NCBI GenBank assembly: GCA_963793425.1
Contig: CAWCAG010000007.1
Coordinates: forward strand, 96,001-160,000
Direction of reading: 5' to 3'
DNA: 64,000 nucleotides
Source of the DNA: an uncultured cyanobacterium
GTDB lineage: Bacteria; Cyanobacteriota; Cyanobacteriia; Cyanobacteriales; CAWCAG01
The notes below the pieces were generated by a model that was given only the letters and a program-made list of their open reading frames with translations, had not been told where the DNA came from and searched no databases. The position numbers and the translations under genes are program-made. Every line of letters starts with the position of its first letter. Position 1 is the stretch's first letter. Shown here piece by piece: positions 63,314 to 64,000 of this stretch.

Positions 63314-63383
63314 GTCTTGTATTTTTCTCCCTTGACATGATATTATGTACATGGTGGAAAAGGTGCGTCCTGAAAAGCCGTTT
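63314..63383 (+). repeat. Dispersed intergenic element, copy C
   Basis: GTCTTGTATTTTTCTCCCTTGACATGATATTATGTACATGGTGGAAAAGGTGCGTCCTGAAAAGC. Confidence 0.88.
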
Positions 63384-63506
63384 CCCAAACTATTTTTGCC
63401 CTTCAGTTATCTTTAAGCTCAAAAACTAATGATTAGTTTTGTTTAAAGTGTTTAATTTTTAGCCACAGTTTATACAATGGGAAAAGTTACTCACTAACTT
63501 AGTACC

Positions 63507-64000
63507 ATGCAAGACTTCCCTAAATTGCAAGAAGGTAATTATCAAATACTTTCAGAATTAGGTCACAATAGTTTAGGAGGCAGAGTAACCTATCTCGCTA
63601 ACCAAGTAGCTACTAATGTTCAGGTTGTTATTAAGCAATTTCAATTTGCCAAATTGGGTGCTAATTGGCAAGAATACGAAACTTACGAACAGGAATTAAA
63701 GATGCTGCGGAGTCTTAATCATCCCAGCATTCCTCGTTACTTAGATTCCTTTTCTACACTTCAAGGTTTTTGTTTAGTACAAGAATACATTGAAGCTGTC
63801 CCTTTAACCATATCAAGAAATTGGACACCGGATGGAATAAGACAACTTGCCCTTTCTATTTTAGATATTCTTATTTATTTGCAACAACAACAACCTTGCA
63901 TTATTCATCGGGATTTAAAACCAGAAAATATTTTAATTGATGAAGAAGAGAAAGTTTATTTAGTAGACTTTGGTTTTGCCCGAAGTGGTGGGGGAGAAGT
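63507..64000 (+). CDS. Ser/Thr protein kinase (Pkn2-type; runs off the window)
   Basis: Manual translation: MQDFPKLQEGNYQILSELGHNSLGGRVTY...VVIKQF...HPSIPRY...IIHRDLKPENIL...LVDFG. Confidence 0.92.
   Translation, partial: MQDFPKLQEGNYQILSELGHNSLGGRVTYLANQVATNVQVVIKQFQFAKLGANWQEYETYEQELKMLRSLNHPSIPRYLDSFSTLQGFCLVQEYIEAVPLTISRNWTPDGIRQLALSILDILIYLQQQQPCIIHRDLKPENILIDEEEKVYLVDFGFARSGGGE

Noticed and set aside
63331..63360. TTGACA in the dispersed repeat as a sigma70 promoter
   Set aside because: No TAnnnT lies 16-18 bp downstream.
63363..63383. GTGCG in the dispersed repeat as a group II intron 5' end
   Set aside because: No domain V/VI or reverse transcriptase follows, and conservation extends well upstream of GTGCG.

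Overview
A 64-kb stretch of cyanobacterial chromosome. The evidence is abundant HIP1 GCGATCGC octamers, heptamer STRR repeats between genes, and psaD, psaK, rpaB, pipX, chlD and ado/aar. A fraC-fraD-fraE cluster and a PatN-like gene suggest a multicellular lineage. Most genes are housekeeping or signalling: radA, rpaB, msrP, trpE, rlpA, dxs, rnc, bvdR, pabB, trpF, folE, accA, aar, ado, ftnA, argH, chlD, a UvrD helicase, larE and several kinases. I see no rRNA, tRNA, CRISPR array or intact transposase. Points worth following up: (1) an unexplained ~49-bp intergenic element present three times; (2) a probable PsrR1 sRNA downstream of radA; (3) single-base frameshifts in radA and dxs, both at GGCC contexts and probably sequencing artefacts at methylated sites; (4) tandem YfbK/vWA genes, one with a porin-type SLH-like N-terminus; (5) a multi-PAS sensor with no output domain; (6) an internally deleted ISAs1 derivative just upstream of ado; (7) two MITEs and two gene remnants. 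All family assignments come from recalled motifs; no database searches were run.
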